DNA from: Eledone cirrhosa
Lineage: Eukaryota
Reading direction: 5' to 3'
DNA length: 46,765 bases
Assembly (NCBI GenBank): GCA_964016885.1
Contig: CAXHJY010001411.1
Coordinates: forward strand, 1-46,765
The position numbers were made by a program, and so were the translations under genes. Position 1 is the first letter of the stretch, and each line of letters begins with the position of its first letter. Positions 42,907 to 46,765 of the stretch are shown piece by piece. Under the pieces are notes generated by a model that was not told the origin of the DNA, searched no databases, and worked only from the letters and a program-made list of their open reading frames with translations.

Positions 42907-43093
42907 CGTTAGTATAGAAATATATATGTATATACCTGTACCTGTACGTAGATTCATATGGGTATCCCTGTATGTAGATAATATAAAATATTCAATCAAC
43001 ATTATCTCACATATGTCCATATATATACTTAAATATGTGTGTGTGTGTATATATATATATGATATAGATATCTGTCGTACATAAGCTGTATGT

Positions 43094-43131
<38 letters not shown>

Positions 43132-43173
43132 TCACTTTTATATATACGTAGGCATTTACGTTTGAATAAGTGC

Positions 43174-43321
<148 letters not shown>

Positions 43322-43559
43322 TTGTGTGTGCGTAGATATCTGTAGTACATGAGCTATGTGATATGATAAAGGTCACAGCTTATGCCAACGGTAGTTTGAC
43401 AAAATTCATACGGCATTCTTAAATCATTGATAAATGCCATTTTGTTTTTTGAGATTTTTATTAGGGGTTGAGTTTTTTTTTTCCTACCCCTTTTTTTTGT
43501 TTCGGTTTTTAGATGCTGCACTCAAAATGTCAAACAGTGCGATAAAACTTATCTTCTTT

Positions 43560-44810
43560 TATCTGTTGATGTTGTTGATGTTGTTGTTATTACAGTAGTT
43601 AAAATGGCTACTACTGTTGTTTTTGTTTTTCTAGTTGAGGTGGTTGTTGTAACTGGTACTTGTATATATATTGTTGTAAAGATGGCTACTGTTGTAGATA
43701 TAATTGCCAATGTTGTCGTTGTTGTTGTGTTTAAGGTGGCTGCTGTTGTTGTAGATGTTGTTGTGGTGTTTAAGATGGCTGCTGTTGTTATAGACGCTGT
43801 TGTGTTTACGATGGCTACTGTTGTCGTTGTCCTTGTTGTTGTAGTTAAGATGGCGGCTGTTCTTATAGATATTGTTTCCGTTGTCGTTCTTGTTGTTGTT
43901 CTAATTGTTGTGGTTGTTGTTATAGCTGTTGTTATAGCTGTTGTTATATTTGTTGTTTTTGCCGTATCTAAAATGGCTGCTGTTGTCACTGTCGTTGTTG
44001 TTGTGTTTAAGATGGCGGCTGTTGTCGTTGTCGTTGTTGTTGTTAAGGTGGCGGCTGTTGGTGTAGATATAATTGTCATTGTTGTCGTTCTTGTTGTAGT
44101 TAAGATGGTGGCTGTTATTGTAGTTATTGTAGTTGTTATTGTTGTTTTTGAAATTGTTGTTGCTGTTGTTATTGCTGTTGTTGTTGTTGTGGTTAAAATG
44201 GCTGCTGTTATTGATATAATTGTCGTTGTTGGCGTTGTGTGTTTAAGATGGCGGCTGTTATTGTAATTATTGTTGTTGTTACTGCTTTTTTGTCTTTGCT
44301 GTAGTAAAGGTGACTGTTGTTATTGCTGTGTTGTTGTTGCTGTTGTTGTGATTAAGATGACTGCTGTTGTAGATATAATTGGTGTTGTTGTCATTGTTGT
44401 TGCAGTTAAGATGGCGGCTATTATTGTAGTTATTGTTATTACTGTTCTTGTCATTTTTGTAGTTCAGAGGACTCTTGTTATTGCTGTTGCTTTTGTTGTT
44501 GCTGTTGTTGTTGTGGTTAAGATGGCTGCTGTTGATGTAGACATCATTGTTGTTGTTGTTATCATTGTAGTATTCAAAATGGCCTCCGTTCTTACAGATA
44601 TCGTAGTTGTTGTTATTTTCATTATACTAGTTAAAATGGCTACTGTGTTGGAGATATAGAGGTCGCTATTGTTGAAGTTCAACTGTCTATCATCAGTTTG
44701 AATATTGGTGTTGTTGTTTCAGTTGTTGTTGTCACCATTGTAAATATTTTTGTTCTTTCAGTTGTTGTTGTTGTTATTGTATCCAAAATGGCTACCGTCG
44801 TTGTTATTGA
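43560..44810. repeat. Degenerate (GTT)n-based minisatellite punctuated by AA(G/A)ATGGC motifs
   Basis: About 18 copies of AAGATGGC/AAAATGGC-like words at irregular spacing. Confidence 0.9.
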
Positions 44811-45137
44811 GATAGCACTGGTTTAAAACGCTATCTCTTCGAAGTTCGTCCTTTTGGTCATGCTATCTGCGTTTTATATATTTGTGTGTGAGAAATAGTG
44901 TTGTGGCTGTTGTTATTGTTGTTGTTGTTCGTGTTGTTGTTTTTATTGTTGTTGTTGAGGTGTCTGTGACACACACACACATACATCAACACACAGACAC
45001 AGTCCGAAATACACACACACACATATATATATACATATATATACATATATATATACACTAATAAATATATATATATTGTAACATACACACACACCAACAG
45101 AGAGAGAGAGATGCCCAAACACTTATATTTCTACACA

Positions 45138-45217
<80 letters not shown>

Positions 45218-45320
45218 CATATATAGGTGTGTGTGCGTGCATGTGTATTTGTGTGTATTAAGATGTAGTTTTCACCATATATGTGTGTGACTATTTGCAT
45301 CTTTGTTGATACACACACAC

Positions 45321-45410
<90 letters not shown>

Positions 45411-45424
45411 GATTATATGTATAC

Positions 45425-45481
<57 letters not shown>

Positions 45482-45576
45482 TATATGTATACATATACAT
45501 ATATATATATATGTATATATATACATATATATATACATATATACATATATATATATACAATATATATATATATATA

Positions 45577-45624
<48 letters not shown>

Positions 45625-45899
45625 CATATATATATATACATATATATACATATATATATATACAATATATATATAAATATATATTTATATATATATATAT
45701 ATATATATGCACCTGTTGAGTAGTTGGTCCATACAGTTATGTAACATAGCAAAATGACCCCTCCCCTACCTGAAGCATACCTTATCAGTAATATATATGT
45801 AAATATATAATATGTATATGTGTAATATATATATATATATATATGCATGTATGCAAGCATACATATATATACAAACGTCTATATATATATATATAGACG

Positions 45900-45935
<36 letters not shown>

Positions 45936-46046
45936 AATATATATAAAGATATAGATATATACATATATATTTAAACGTATATATATATACACATACATAC
46001 ATGCACACACTAACGAGTTTAACGTGCATTAGTAAGATATCCACCG

Positions 46047-46135
<89 letters not shown>

Positions 46136-46402
46136 ATCTATAACACATCAGTTTTTCTTTGTTCATAATAAATTTGTAATCTTTTCGTTGCTGATAAAAA
46201 GTTCGGCGCTGAATTCCTTCTGTTTTTTACTCTATCATTTTTTTTTCTGAACTTAAAAGAAAACTTCATTTTTGTAATACTTCAATGGACCTCCAGTGGT
46301 ATCGACGATGGGTTTTCTAGTTGTTCAGTCAACAAGAACAGTTTATACGTTCGTATGTATGGATCCTATGCTTAGTGACTGCTTTGTGTGTGTGTGTGTG
46401 AT

Positions 46403-46475
46403 GGCGTGTGGCCTAGTTTTTAGAGTGTTCTGGGTTCAATTCCTGGGATAGGTTGTATGGTGTGTTCTATTGAGA
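46403..46475 (+). mobile_element. Decayed tRNA-head SINE fragment (second family)
   Basis: GGCGTGTGGCCTAGT...GGGTTCAATTCC; related to the heads at 10500-11146. Confidence 0.55.
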
Positions 46476-46530
46476 CCCTTAGTCAGGTGGTAAGTGTTTT
46501 GGACTTACGAGGTTAGCTTGGTCTTTCTTC

Positions 46531-46765
46531 TTTACGGGGTCGATAAAATAAAGTACCAGTAGTGTACTGGAGTCGATTTAAACAATTTTCTCCTCCCGCA
46601 AATTGCTAGCTTTCTAACCTAAATCAGAAACAATTGGGGTCGATAAAATAAAGTACCAGTAATGCACTGGGTAATTGCTGGCCTTGTTTTTACTTTTGGC
46701 ACAAGGTCAGCAATTACCCAGTGCATTACTGGTATTTTATCGACCCCGTAAGGATGAAAGGCCGA
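46531..46765. mobile_element. Cluster of SINE 3' fragments: two on + and one on -, the last running off the window
   Basis: GGGGTCGATAAAATAAAGTACCAGT at 46536 and 46636; inverted copy at 46688-46765. Confidence 0.88.

Overview
AT-rich, non-coding eukaryotic DNA dominated by (TA)n, (GT)n, (GA)n, (GATA)n and trinucleotide microsatellites. No confident protein-coding gene is present, and nearly all ORFs in the supplied track are microsatellite translations ([12 protein letters not shown]). The interspersed tRNA-derived SINE resembles, from memory and unverified, the abundant SINE of octopod cephalopods. The unique islands between microsatellites are mostly mobile-element debris: SINE copies with TSDs, a non-autonomous Helitron, a TIR element carrying two convergent tRNA-like Pol III units, and tiny MITEs. 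The most striking signal is a set of several unrelated short repeat families embedded in (TA)n that carry type I hammerhead-ribozyme motifs, as known for Penelope-like element (PLE) terminal repeats. They include a C3U/G8A covariant core and are often arranged as fold-back inverted pairs, among them a perfect 261-bp palindrome. All structures were read and folded by eye, so coordinates of degenerate elements are approximate.
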